Origin: Desulfobacterales bacterium | GTDB lineage: Bacteria; Desulfobacterota; Desulfobacteria; Desulfobacterales; SpSt-501 | Direction: 5' to 3' | NCBI GenBank assembly: GCA_025454115.1 | Contig: JALOPB010000003.1 | Coordinates: forward strand, 7,036 to 71,035 | DNA length: 64,000 nt | Shown here: in pieces, positions 29,084 through 39,126 of the stretch | How positions within the stretch are numbered: position 1 is the stretch's first letter | Layout of the letters: each line of letters starts with the position of its first letter | Translations under genes and position numbers: made by a program | Notes under the pieces: generated by a model | The model's database searches: none | What the model was told of the DNA's origin: nothing | Seen by the model: the letters and a program-made list of their open reading frames with translations, nothing else

Positions 29084-30967
29084 ATGTCCAAGAAATCTGC
29101 CACCCAGAAAAACACCGCCCAAAAACCCGCCAAACGCCCGGGCGCTCCGAAGAGGGCGGTTGTGGCAAAGAGCCCCAAGGGTTCCAAGCGTCCCGCCGCG
29201 CCGGGGATAGAGGCGGACGGTGGAAAAGCACTGGAAAACAAAGTCAGCAAAAAAGCGATTCAGGAGCTGCTGTCGAAGGGCAAGAAGCAGGGGTTTCTCA
29301 CCTACGATGAAATCAACGAACTGCTTCCAGAGGACATGCTCTCTCCCGAACAGATCGACGAGACGCTGATGCTGTTTGATGACAACGGCATCGAAGTGGT
29401 GGACGAGAAACAAAATAAGAAGATCGTCAAACTGAAAAGCACGGCCGAGAGTAAAATCGTCAACGAGGAGATCGACGGGGGCGATTATGGGTCCGTGACC
29501 GACCCGGTCAAAATGTATCTGCGCGAGATGGGGATGGTGACGCTGCTCAGCCGCGAGGGCGAAGTGGAAATCGCCAAAAAAATCGAGGCGGGAGAGCAGG
29601 AGGTGCTTCGCGCCTTGCTGGAATCGATTATCGGCGTGGAGGCCATCATCGAGTTGGGTGAAAAAATCGAGACCGGCGCTTTGCGGCCGAAGCATGTGTT
29701 GCGGGACATCGATGAGGGGGACACGTATAACGATGAGGTGGTTCAGACCGAAAAATTTCTCGAGACCATCCGTCAGATCAAGGCGCTCCATCAGCAGACT
29801 CGAGACCAGCGCGCGAAGGCGTTCGCCGCCACGGGCGATGCGGAGGAGCAGCGCAAGGCCAAACGAAACTTGCAGCGCTGGATATCGGACATATTCAACC
29901 TTCTCAAAGACTGGCGGCTGGAAGCCAGCGTGATCGAGGAGATCGAAAGCAAAATTCAACAGGAAATCGAGTGGTCCGAATCCGTCACGAAAAAAGTAGC
30001 AAAGTGCGCCGACCGATTCAGCGCCTCCGTCAAGGAACTACGAGACCACCTTACGTCCAAGACCGCCTTTTTGAAGTGGGCCAGCGGCCGTTGTGATACG
30101 ACGAAAGATGAGCTGACCGGTGCTTATGCGGACATCCGCCAGCAGATGGAGAAACATGCCGCCCGAGAGCTAGAGATATGCGCCAACAGCCGGGCGCTAA
30201 AACGCATCATGACCAGTGTGGATGAGGGGCGTTTAAAAGCCAAACTCGCGAAAAGCGAACTCACCAAGGCGAATCTTCGATTGGTGGTCAGCATTGCCAA
30301 AAAATACACCAACCGTGGCTTGCAGTTTTTGGATTTGATCCAGGAGGGCAACATCGGTTTGATGAAGGCCGTAGACAAATTCGAGTATCGGCGCGGTTAC
30401 AAGTTCAGTACATACGCCACCTGGTGGATCCGGCAGGCCATCACCCGAGCCATCGCCGACCAAGCTCGAACGATTCGCATCCCGGTTCACATGATTGAGA
30501 CCATCAATAAGTTGATTCGCACGTCGCGTTACCTGGTTCAGGAGCAAGGGCGGGAACCCACTCCGGAGGAAATCGCCGAAAAAATGGAGATCCCGCTGGA
30601 AAAGGTCCGCAAGGTGTTGAAGATCGCTCGTGAGCCGATTTCCCTGGAAACTCCGATCGGCGAGGAAGAGGACAGCCATCTGGGGGATTTCATCGAGGAT
30701 AAGAAATTCATGCTTCCTTCAGAAGCGGCCGTCAGCATGAACCTAGCGGAGCAAACTCGAAAAGTGCTGGCCACGCTCACGCCGCGTGAAGAAAAAGTAT
30801 TGCGGATGCGATTCGGCATTGGTGAGAAGGCCGATCACACCCTGGAGGAGGTCGGACAAGATTTTGCCGTGACCCGCGAGCGTATCCGGCAAATCGAAGC
30901 CAAGGCGCTGCGGAAACTGCGTCATCCCACCCGCAGCCGTAAGTTGAAGCATTTTATTGAGACCTGA
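29084..30967 (+). CDS. rpoD: Primary RNA polymerase sigma factor RpoD
   Basis: Region 2 motifs [38 protein letters not shown] and [16 protein letters not shown]. Region 4 motif [30 protein letters not shown]. An alternative start at 29045 overlaps the dnaG stop (TAATG). Confidence 0.97.
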   Translation: MSKKSATQKNTAQKPAKRPGAPKRAVVAKSPKGSKRPAAPGIEADGGKALENKVSKKAIQELLSKGKKQGFLTYDEINELLPEDMLSPEQIDETLMLFDDNGIEVVDEKQNKKIVKLKSTAESKIVNEEIDGGDYGSVTDPVKMYLREMGMVTLLSREGEVEIAKKIEAGEQEVLRALLESIIGVEAIIELGEKIETGALRPKHVLRDIDEGDTYNDEVVQTEKFLETIRQIKALHQQTRDQRAKAFAATGDAEEQRKAKRNLQRWISDIFNLLKDWRLEASVIEEIESKIQQEIEWSESVTKKVAKCADRFSASVKELRDHLTSKTAFLKWASGRCDTTKDELTGAYADIRQQMEKHAARELEICANSRALKRIMTSVDEGRLKAKLAKSELTKANLRLVVSIAKKYTNRGLQFLDLIQEGNIGLMKAVDKFEYRRGYKFSTYATWWIRQAITRAIADQARTIRIPVHMIETINKLIRTSRYLVQEQGREPTPEEIAEKMEIPLEKVRKVLKIAREPISLETPIGEEEDSHLGDFIEDKKFMLPSEAAVSMNLAEQTRKVLATLTPREEKVLRMRFGIGEKADHTLEEVGQDFAVTRERIRQIEAKALRKLRHPTRSRKLKHFIET

Positions 30968-31016
30968 GCCGCCGGGATCGGCCCACAGCGGCTGCATCGC
31001 TGCCGACGCACGAATC

Positions 31017-31045
31017 TTGACAAACCTATAGCCAGCCGATAAACA
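31017..31045 (+). promoter_or_regulatory. Candidate sigma70 promoter of the CAU tRNA (TTGACA-N17-TAAACA)
   Basis: ttgaca at 31017-31022 and taaaca at 31040-31045, about 20 nt before the tRNA 5' end. Confidence 0.4.
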
Positions 31046-31066
31046 GACTGCGGCGGCAAGCGTTTG

Positions 31067-31139
31067 GGGCCCATAGCTCAGCTGGTAGAGCCACCGGCTC
31101 ATAACCGGTCGGTCCCTGGTTCGATCCCAGGTGGGCCCA
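31067..31139 (+). tRNA. tRNA with CAU anticodon (elongator Met, or lysidine-type Ile2)
   Basis: A 73-nt cloverleaf was drawn by hand. The acceptor stem is GGGCCCA/TGGGCCC, the anticodon loop is CTCATAA and the T-loop is TTCGATC. It is not an initiator, because position 1:72 is paired and the anticodon stem lacks the GGG/CCC run. C4:G69 and C5:G68 resemble E. coli tRNA-Ile2. CCA is not encoded. Confidence 0.85.
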
Positions 31140-31281
31140 TCGCTCTGCCAAAATCATCCGGGGGCTTGCTTTGAAAAGCCTCAACGCAAGGCGTGGGTTG
31201 ACCCAATCCGCGCCTTATTTCATCCCGGTCTTCCGGGAGCCGGCATATCTCCGATCCGGCGAGGTCGCACATTGTCGTGCC

Positions 31282-32094
31282 ATGCAGCTGTTGCTTGCGG
31301 ACATTATTGAAGTGTTGGAGCACATGGCTCCGCCATCTTTGGCCGAAGGGTGGGACAATGTCGGCCTTCAAATCGGAGATCCGCACCGCTGGATCAACTC
31401 GGTGTGGGTTGCGCTGGATCCTGGGCCGGACGTCGTAGCGGCGGCTTGTCGCTCCCAAGTCGATCTGCTCATCACGCATCATCCTCTCTTTTTCCATCCG
31501 GTCCAGCGGATTCAAACCGACATGCCGTTAGGGGCCGTCATTGAGCAGGCCGTCCGGCACGGCCTGGCCATCTATTGCCTGCACACCAATTGGGATGCCG
31601 TCTCGGGCGGACTCAACGACATGCTGGCGCAGCGTTTGGGACTGCGCCATCTGAGGCCGCTGAGGCAGTCGCAGGAGGCCAGCGATCGCCACCGTCACGG
31701 CCTCGGACGAGTCGGAACACTCGCGCGCGTCAAGGATCTTTGCGATCTGGCCCAGGAGGTCAAGCAGCGCCTGGGGGCCGTGGCGGTACGCTTGGCGGGT
31801 GATCCGAGGCTGAAGGTCCGACATGTGGCGCTGGCGACCGGAAGCGGCGGCAGCCTGGTCGGCGACTTTTTAGGCACCGAGGCGGAAGTATTCATCAGCG
31901 GCGATTTGCGTTATCATGAGGTTCGCGACATTGAATATGCCCGGCGTGGGGTGATTGATGTGGGCCACTTCCATTCCGAGCACCTGACGGTCGACGCCAT
32001 CGTACAACGGTTGCGGCGCGCTTTCAGGCGGCGTGACCCACGGCTTCGGATTCAGGCATGCGCGCTGGAAAAAGATCCATTCTCGGTGGTATGA
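31282..32094 (+). CDS. Nif3-like dinuclear metal-centre protein (YbgI/GTP cyclohydrolase 1 type 2 homologue)
   Basis: Motifs AEGWDNVGLQIGD, DLLITHHPLFF, HTNWD and IDVGHFHSE. Start taken at MQLLLADIIEVLE. Confidence 0.85.
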   Translation: MQLLLADIIEVLEHMAPPSLAEGWDNVGLQIGDPHRWINSVWVALDPGPDVVAAACRSQVDLLITHHPLFFHPVQRIQTDMPLGAVIEQAVRHGLAIYCLHTNWDAVSGGLNDMLAQRLGLRHLRPLRQSQEASDRHRHGLGRVGTLARVKDLCDLAQEVKQRLGAVAVRLAGDPRLKVRHVALATGSGGSLVGDFLGTEAEVFISGDLRYHEVRDIEYARRGVIDVGHFHSEHLTVDAIVQRLRRAFRRRDPRLRIQACALEKDPFSVV

Positions 32095-32169
32095 CGCCAG
32101 CGCCGGTACGCTGCCGAGCCTTGAGGGCACTCCATGAGATAACCCCCGGAAATTAGGAGGACGGCACCC

Positions 32170-32900
32170 ATGCCCAGTAACATCCGGCAACAGATTTCCT
32201 TGCTGGTCAAACTTCAAGAGGTTGAATTGAGCATCCAGCGAACCCTGTTGGATTTGAGTCGGGTGGAGGGGCGCACGGCGGAACTGGACGCTCAGCTCTG
32301 CGAATTTGAGACCGCCGTTGAATCTGGGAAAGCGCATATCCTGGAGCTTAGCAAGCGCATCCGTGCACTTGAATCCGATCTGCAAACGGTCCAGGGCCGG
32401 GTCGAGAAGAGCCAAGAAAAACTGCGTTCGGTGAAAACCAACAAGGAATACCAGTCCGGCTTGAAAGAAATCGATGATCTCAGCGCCATCGGATCCAAAA
32501 TCGAAGACGAGATCTTAGCGGGGATGGAGCAGGTGGAGGTGGCCAGTGCTTCGGTCAAAGACCATCAGGCCCGGTTGAATGCCCAGGCCGGCTTGATCCG
32601 GGCTGAAAAAGAAAGTGTGCTGAGGGACGCAGAGCAGGCCCGACGCCGACTGGAGGGGATGAGGGCCGACGCAACGGCGCTCACGGATCGAATTGCTGCG
32701 GAGGCTCTGGCGCTTTACCGGCGCGTGAAGGCCAAGAAGGCCAATGGGGTCGCTATTTGCCCGGTTTCCGCAGAAGTCTGCGGCGGTTGCCATGTGAACA
32801 TTCCCCCCCAGATGTACAACGAACTTCAGCGGGTTGATCGCTTGAAGAATTGTCCGAACTGTGAGAGGATCATTTACTGGGACGAAGACCAGAACCGGTC

Positions 32901-32907
<7 letters not shown>
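32170..32907 (+). CDS. Coiled-coil C4 zinc-ribbon protein (COG1579-type, typical Nif3 neighbour)
   Basis: A long heptad-rich region, then the C-terminal CPVSAEVCGGCHVNIPPQ...CPNCERIIY. Confidence 0.75.
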
Positions 32908-33215
<308 letters not shown>

Positions 33216-33307
33216 GGCCGGCTCTGGCTCATCCCATCATCAACATACAAACCGAACCGGCGATATGAAACGTTCGCAGGGGGCATCCTTCATTCATTCA
33301 GGAATCC

Positions 33308-34642
33308 ATGGATCCCATTCCACAGCATTGCTCGGAGACATCCATATCTGCGTCCGACGCTAAATTTGCCGAAAAGATCAGCGTTTTTTCGCATGATTTT
33401 TTGAAATGCACTCTCTATCTCGTCGGCCGGTCTTCGAACAACGTGCGGTTTACGCAGAAATTTTATTCAACGCTGGCCTCATCCTCGACGCTGTTAGAAG
33501 ACTTTCTTGATTACCACGGCGCGAAAAACAACAAGAAATGGTACCTTTTTCGCGAATTGACCGCCGGCATGCGTCATATTGGACTGGCCTCCAATTTCCA
33601 GAAGCATATCTCCAACCGGTTGCGCTATTATGATCTGCCGGATAGCGTGGACTTCGAACGCGAAGGGGAAGAAAGCCTGCGTTTTCTCAACCAATGCCTG
33701 CAGAAAATGGCGCCGGTGGCGCTGAACGAGGCCCAGCGCTTGGGGATCGACCTCCCAGAGGATCGATTTCAAGATGCCGATTTTCCGAGTATCCAGACGA
33801 CCGACTTGCTGGCGTACGACATTGATGACGAGAACCGCAACGAGCAGAAGCAGAACATCGTCAAAATCGCCAGCGAATTCCTCAACTTGGTGAAGAATTT
33901 CGATCAGATCAAATTTTACGAGCACTACAGCCATCAGGAGATTCTGGGAATCGTTCCCGACAAAGTCAATGAAGTCGAAGTGCGTCGTTACGAGATGCTG
34001 GTGCACAACCTGCAGTCGTCCTTTGACACGTACGTGATCCACGGAGGGTTTCGTTTCGGGAACCGGAAGCTCAAACAACTGCGCGGTTTCTTCTCTGTTG
34101 TGTTTCATCTGCTGCAGATGGTCGGCCGGCTGCTGCATTTCTACGAACGGCATCTCCATGAAGCTGGATACAAGAATACGTACAAGCGTGTCCAGGACGA
34201 GTTGGCGATGGTGGTGGCACCTGAACGGCTGCTCGACTGCACCATGAATTATGGCCTTTATTACGTCTGCCATTTCCTCGCGTTGGGCAAAGAGCATGCC
34301 CGGATGATTCTCAACGAAAACATCGAGCGTGGACTGATACGAGTCGGGGTCCCTCAGAAGCTCGGCTTCCACGCCCGGCCCAGTCTGCTGGTGGCCAAAA
34401 TCGTCCAATATTACGGAGGCCAGGTCGAACTCGTCGTCGGTGAGGACCGGTTTGATGCCAGCAGCGTTCTGGACATCCAATGGGCCGGCGGTAAAATTCA
34501 AAAAGAAAACCTAAGGGAAGTGGTGTTCGAAGGGGATTCCCGGACGCTCAAGGACATCGAGATCCTCTCCGCCGTCAATTATGGTGAAGATATGATGGGA
34601 AAAGGGGTTCCGCTGCCGAAAGAACTAAAGTATTTGAGGTGA
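33308..34642 (+). CDS. Uncharacterised 444-aa protein with a C-terminal HPr (PTS phosphocarrier) domain
   Basis: The last ~90 aa, VGVPQKLGFHARPSLLVAKIVQYYGGQVELVVGEDRFDASSVLDIQWAGGKIQKENLREVVFEGDSRTLKDIEIL, match the HPr pattern, with the GxHxRPA His site and a Ser region. I do not recognise the N-terminal ~340 aa. Confidence 0.7.
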   Translation: MDPIPQHCSETSISASDAKFAEKISVFSHDFLKCTLYLVGRSSNNVRFTQKFYSTLASSSTLLEDFLDYHGAKNNKKWYLFRELTAGMRHIGLASNFQKHISNRLRYYDLPDSVDFEREGEESLRFLNQCLQKMAPVALNEAQRLGIDLPEDRFQDADFPSIQTTDLLAYDIDDENRNEQKQNIVKIASEFLNLVKNFDQIKFYEHYSHQEILGIVPDKVNEVEVRRYEMLVHNLQSSFDTYVIHGGFRFGNRKLKQLRGFFSVVFHLLQMVGRLLHFYERHLHEAGYKNTYKRVQDELAMVVAPERLLDCTMNYGLYYVCHFLALGKEHARMILNENIERGLIRVGVPQKLGFHARPSLLVAKIVQYYGGQVELVVGEDRFDASSVLDIQWAGGKIQKENLREVVFEGDSRTLKDIEILSAVNYGEDMMGKGVPLPKELKYLR

Positions 34643-34691
34643 ATATGATTTCACTCACCGCTCCGACCGCCGAAATCTGGTGGGGCATGGG

Positions 34692-35447
34692 ATGAGTTCC
34701 GATCCGGCCGGCCCAGATAGGGTCTATGCTCTCATCGTCGCTGGCGGAAAGGGAGCGCGTTTCAGCCGTGGCTTGCCCAAACAGTACGTCGCGCTGGCCG
34801 GGGTGCCGATTCTTATACGAACGCTGCGGGCCTTTGACGAATGCGACGTCATCGATCGGCTGATCGTAGCGGTTCCGCCGGAAGATATCGCCTTTGTACG
34901 GGATACGATCATCGGCCCTGCCGGTTTGTGCAAAAGCGTTTCGGTGATTGCCGGAGGGCCGCGGCGCCAGGATTCGGTGTTCAACGGGCTGGCAACCATC
35001 CCTCTTGAAGCCTCCCTGGTGGTGATTCATGACGCCGTGAGGCCGCTGGTGACCGGCGAAGTGATCACGGCCTGTGTGGATGCCGCGCGGAGGTACGGGG
35101 CCTGCATCGCCGCCCTGCCTGTCTGGGACACCCTCAAGCGAATTTCAGACTCCGGTTGCATTGAAGCCACTTTACCTCGCGAGCGCGTATGGATGGCCCA
35201 GACCCCCCAGGTGTTTCGGCTCGACCTTATCCGGGCAGCACACGAGCGCGCTCACCGCGAAGAGGTACCGGTCACTGACGACGCCAGCATGGTGGAACGC
35301 ATGGGAGCAGCGGTTCACGTGGTGCCCGGCAGCCAGCGCAACATCAAAATCACCACGCTCGAGGATCTGGATTTGGCTGCGGCCCTGCTGGGTGCCCCAG
35401 AGGCTTCATCCGGCAACCAACGAAACCCCGTCGCCGCGGATGATTGA
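34692..35447 (+). CDS. ispD: 2-C-methyl-D-erythritol 4-phosphate cytidylyltransferase
   Basis: Motifs ALIVAGGKGARFSRGLPKQY, VIHDAVRP, TLKR and QTPQVF. An alternative GTG start lies at 34680. Confidence 0.9.
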   Translation: MSSDPAGPDRVYALIVAGGKGARFSRGLPKQYVALAGVPILIRTLRAFDECDVIDRLIVAVPPEDIAFVRDTIIGPAGLCKSVSVIAGGPRRQDSVFNGLATIPLEASLVVIHDAVRPLVTGEVITACVDAARRYGACIAALPVWDTLKRISDSGCIEATLPRERVWMAQTPQVFRLDLIRAAHERAHREEVPVTDDASMVERMGAAVHVVPGSQRNIKITTLEDLDLAAALLGAPEASSGNQRNPVAADD

Positions 35448-35609
35448 CACCGATTTTTTCCGTTTTTATTTTATTGAATTGGGTGACTGTGGATGTAGGC
35501 TGAATCACCGTGACCAGATATGGGCTTAAGAGCGGCGCGTTCTTGGTGAAGCCCTAAGCCGTATCATTTTCTATGCGTCCGGCGCGGACCCGCCCGGATC
35601 GGAGGAGGA

Positions 35610-37244
35610 ATGGAGATGCAAGGCGCGAACGGAAAGGGAGAACCGGCGAAAGACATGGCTAGTGAGGCCTATCTGAGGCAGTTGCGCGAAACATTTGAGC
35701 AACTGCCTAACGATATCCCGTTGCTGCTATTCGTTGACCGGAGCCGTGATAATGTTTTTGCTCAGGCGACCCGTCAGGTGATCCGTGCGTTCCGCGAACT
35801 CAGCCAGCGGATCACATTGAAGGAATACGATCTGGCGCATGAACTGGCACGTCGCTATCAGGTCGAGAGCTCTCCAACCCTGCTCATCGCTCCCGGAAAG
35901 TACGCCATCCGGTGGCTGGGAGCTCCCATGGGTGAGGAAGCGCGGACTTTTCTCGAGACGATGATCCTGGTCGGTTCGGGACGGAGCAACCTCAGCGACC
36001 AGTCGCGCAACGTGATCCGGCGCATCGACGCGCCGCGCCGTATCAAAGTGTTTGTCAGCCCCACGTGCCCGTATTGTCCGCAGCAGGCGGTCAATGCCGT
36101 CAAAGCCGCCATCGAACTGCCGGAGCAAATTTCACTGGAGATCATCGATATCCAATGCGAGCCGGACTTGGCAAACCAATATTCGGCACAAAGTGTTCCT
36201 CAAGCCTTTGCGAATGATATCTTAATCGGTCACGGTGCTCAGCCCGAGGAGGTGTTCGCGCTGTCGCTTCAGAAATTAGAACCCCAGACCCTTTTTATAC
36301 CGGAAAGCGATGCCGAACAGGTGGAGACCGATGTGCTCATCGTGGGCGGGGGGCCCGCCGGCTTGACCGCTGGCATCTACGCCGAGCGCAGCGGTCTGAA
36401 AACCGCCATCGTTGAACGCCAGGCCCTGGGCGGCCAGGTGGCCACCACCCCGGTCGTCGAAAACTATCCCGGATTCACATCGGTGGGCGGAAAAACGTTG
36501 GTTGACATCATGGTGAGCCATGCACTGCAATATGTTCAGATTTTTCCAGGAGAAGGCGTGTTGGACATCCAGTACGGCTCCCCCATTGTCGTTCAGACCA
36601 GTCGCCGGAAGTTCTTGACCAAGACCGTACTGCTCGCCACCGGAGCGAATCACCGCCCGCTTAACGTACCCGGTGAATCCCGACTCGCCGGCCGCGGAGT
36701 CAGCTATTGCAGTACTTGCGACGGTCCCTTGTTCAAGGGCAAGGATGTGGTGATGGTCGGCGGGGGAAATAGTGCCGTCACCGAGGCCCTGCATCTTTTT
36801 CACATGGGGGTGAAGGTCACTTTAATTCATCGCCGAGACAGCTTCCGAGCCCAGGAATTCCTCACTCGGCAGGTGGTCGACAATCAAATCCCTGTGCTCT
36901 GGAATTCAGAAATTCGGGAAATCCAAGGTGAGGAACGGGTGCGGGAAATCGTGGTTTTCAACCATGCCACCCAACATACGACGACCCTCCCGACCGACGG
37001 AGTATTTATCGCCATTGGCTACGAACCGGCGGTGGAACTGGCCCGGAAAATGAAGCTCGACCTTACCGAGGACGGCTACATCAAGCAGGACGGCCGTCAT
37101 CGCACCAGCCGGCCGGGCATCTACTGCGCTGGCGATGTTGAAGGCGGCTACAAGCAGATCGTCACCGCTTCCGGCCAGGGTGCCGAAGCTGCCATGACGA
37201 TATTCGAGGACCTGATCAACCCATACTGGTTGCAGGCGAGGTAG
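35610..37244 (+). CDS. AhpF-like fusion: PDO/glutaredoxin-like double Trx-fold N-terminal domain plus thioredoxin-disulfide reductase
   Basis: The N-terminal region has a single CPYC in its second Trx fold, as in AhpF. The reductase half shows FAD motif VLIVGGGPAGLTAG, redox CSTCDG and NAD motif VVMVGGGNSAVTEA. An alternative ATG lies at 35616. Confidence 0.8.
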   Translation: MEMQGANGKGEPAKDMASEAYLRQLRETFEQLPNDIPLLLFVDRSRDNVFAQATRQVIRAFRELSQRITLKEYDLAHELARRYQVESSPTLLIAPGKYAIRWLGAPMGEEARTFLETMILVGSGRSNLSDQSRNVIRRIDAPRRIKVFVSPTCPYCPQQAVNAVKAAIELPEQISLEIIDIQCEPDLANQYSAQSVPQAFANDILIGHGAQPEEVFALSLQKLEPQTLFIPESDAEQVETDVLIVGGGPAGLTAGIYAERSGLKTAIVERQALGGQVATTPVVENYPGFTSVGGKTLVDIMVSHALQYVQIFPGEGVLDIQYGSPIVVQTSRRKFLTKTVLLATGANHRPLNVPGESRLAGRGVSYCSTCDGPLFKGKDVVMVGGGNSAVTEALHLFHMGVKVTLIHRRDSFRAQEFLTRQVVDNQIPVLWNSEIREIQGEERVREIVVFNHATQHTTTLPTDGVFIAIGYEPAVELARKMKLDLTEDGYIKQDGRHRTSRPGIYCAGDVEGGYKQIVTASGQGAEAAMTIFEDLINPYWLQAR

Positions 37245-37367
37245 GCCCTGCCACGAGGCGGCAGTCGATGGCCGGAACGGGTGAGTGGCCGCCTGAATCT
37301 GCAGGCAGGCTGAAAGGAGGCCAGGCGCTGCTGCGCAACGCAGCGGATTCGTCTCATGCTGCCGGGC

Positions 37368-38510
37368 CTAAATGATGTTCAAGCGCTCCGCCGCCGCGTT
37401 GAGCGTTTCTTCCTTTTTGGCGAAGCAGAAGCGCAAGACGTTGTGGTCGTCGCCGCGGTGATAAAATACCGAGGGCGGAATGGCGGCCACACCGTATTCC
37501 ATCGTCAAACGTCTGGCAAACTGCATTTCCGGCTCTTCCGAAATCTGACGGTAGTCCAGCAGCTGGTAATAGGTCCCGTGGCAGGGGAGGGGGCGAAACC
37601 GGGATTTACGGATCAGATGGAGGAATCGGTCGCGTTTGGCCTGGTAAAACGACGGAAGGCTCAGGTACCGTTGGTTGTCTTCCAAGAATTCGGCATACGC
37701 ATGCTGAATCGGCGTGTTGACCGCAAAGACCATATATTGGTGAATTTTGCGGAACTCATCGGAGAGCGGGCGCGGAGCGAGGCAGTATCCGACTTTCCAT
37801 CCGGTGGTGTGGTAGGTCTTGGCGAAAGAGTTGATGACGAAGCTGCGCTGTCTCAGTTCGGGATGGCGCGACATGCTTTGGTGGCTTAACCCATCGAACA
37901 CGATATGTTCATAAACTTCGTCACTGAGAATGAGTACCGGCGTGGGGCGCAGGATCGCAGCCAGGGTTTCCAGGTCCTTTGCGCTTAACACCGCGCCACT
38001 GGGATTGTGCGGGAAGTTCAATATGATTAAACGGGTTTTCGAGTTGATCAGACGCCTGAAGGCATCCCAGTCGATCCGGTAGGAGGGGAAATCCAACGCA
38101 GCATATACCGGTATGCCGCCGTTCAGCCGGACGATCGGCGCATAGCAGTCATAAGCCGGCTCTATTAGAACCACCTCGTCGCCCGGGTGGATCATTGCCG
38201 TTACGGCCGTGTAGATGGCCTGGGTGCCGCCGGTCGTAATCGTGATCTCCGTCGCAGGATCATAGATCGCGCCATACAGCTGGCGAGTCTTCGTGGCAAT
38301 GATCTCCCGCAGGGCGCCGACACCCTGCATGGGAGCATACTGATTATGGCCTGCGCGGATGTATTTGGCGACGAGTTCCTTCAGCTCCATGTGGGTGTCA
38401 AAGTCCGGAAAGCCTTGGGAGAGGTTGATGGCGCCGTGCTGGAGGGCCAGTCGGGTCATTTCGGAGAAGATGGTTAAGCCGATTTCAGGCAGTTTGGAAG
38501 TAATGACCAT
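37368..38510 (-). CDS. Class I/II PLP-dependent aminotransferase (YbdL/methionine aminotransferase-like)
   Basis: Motifs INLSQGFPDF, NPSG, the PLP-Lys region SFAKTYHTTGWKVGY and RFCFAK. Confidence 0.9.
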   Translation of the reverse strand: MVITSKLPEIGLTIFSEMTRLALQHGAINLSQGFPDFDTHMELKELVAKYIRAGHNQYAPMQGVGALREIIATKTRQLYGAIYDPATEITITTGGTQAIYTAVTAMIHPGDEVVLIEPAYDCYAPIVRLNGGIPVYAALDFPSYRIDWDAFRRLINSKTRLIILNFPHNPSGAVLSAKDLETLAAILRPTPVLILSDEVYEHIVFDGLSHQSMSRHPELRQRSFVINSFAKTYHTTGWKVGYCLAPRPLSDEFRKIHQYMVFAVNTPIQHAYAEFLEDNQRYLSLPSFYQAKRDRFLHLIRKSRFRPLPCHGTYYQLLDYRQISEEPEMQFARRLTMEYGVAAIPPSVFYHRGDDHNVLRFCFAKKEETLNAAAERLNII

Positions 38511-38611
38511 GGTCGTTCTGATATCCTATGCAGTATGATAAGGGTCGGCGCAGCGCAGCGATCCGGCGTTACACGCTTTTCTAATTAGCGGCCGGTCCAC
38601 CGGGCGCTCGG

Positions 38612-39100
38612 ATGCGGAGTGTGGAGCGGCGCATCGATCCCTCAAAATCGATGGAATGCATGAGTCCTACGAGTGGGATAGCTTATCCGGGCCGACCACG
38701 GGTGGCGGTCGGTGCCATCGTCTTCAAAGATGGGCGCATTTTGCTGGTCCAGCGGGGCCATCCGCCAGCCGAGGGGTATTGGGCCATTCCTGGTGGCAGT
38801 ATTGAACTCGGCGAAACGCTCCAGCAGGCGGCTCAGCGCGAAATTTTTGAAGAAACCGGCGTGAGCATTCAGGCGCGTGATCCGGTGTTTACGTTTGACG
38901 TCATCGAAAGAGATCCGAACGGTGTCGTCCGGTTTCACTACGTGGTGGTGGATCTGATGGCGGATTATGTGGATGGAACCCCGCAACCGGCCGGCGACGC
39001 TGCGGGCGCGCGTTGGGTTTCTCCGGCGGAATTACCTCGCTTGAGGGTCAGTCCCGCCACCCTCGATTTGTTGAAACGCCGATTTCATTTCGGCGATTGA
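38612..39100 (+). CDS. NUDIX hydrolase
   Basis: Nudix box GGSIELGETLQQAAQREIFEETGV. The true start may be an internal ATG at 38651 or 38660. Confidence 0.9.
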   Translation: MRSVERRIDPSKSMECMSPTSGIAYPGRPRVAVGAIVFKDGRILLVQRGHPPAEGYWAIPGGSIELGETLQQAAQREIFEETGVSIQARDPVFTFDVIERDPNGVVRFHYVVVDLMADYVDGTPQPAGDAAGARWVSPAELPRLRVSPATLDLLKRRFHFGD

Positions 39101-39126
39101 AGATCCCTGCGAACGCGGCCCCGCTT

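Noticed and set aside
28892-29959. 355-aa minus-strand ORF antisense to the dnaG/rpoD junction.
   Set aside because: It has antisense-type composition (rich in L, F, R, H and D) and no motifs. Both sense genes are unambiguous.
33494-34501. 335-aa ORF antisense to the HPr-fusion gene.
   Set aside because: The sense frame ends in a recognisable HPr domain. The antisense translation is rich in V, L, H, Q and D with no motif. Its length is notable, but that is consistent with codon-periodicity shadowing.
37245-37367. Hairpin ctgctgcg-caa-cgcagcgg between the convergent AhpF-like and aminotransferase genes, considered as a bidirectional terminator.
   Set aside because: It has a 3-nt loop and no U-tract on either strand, so it cannot be called an intrinsic terminator.
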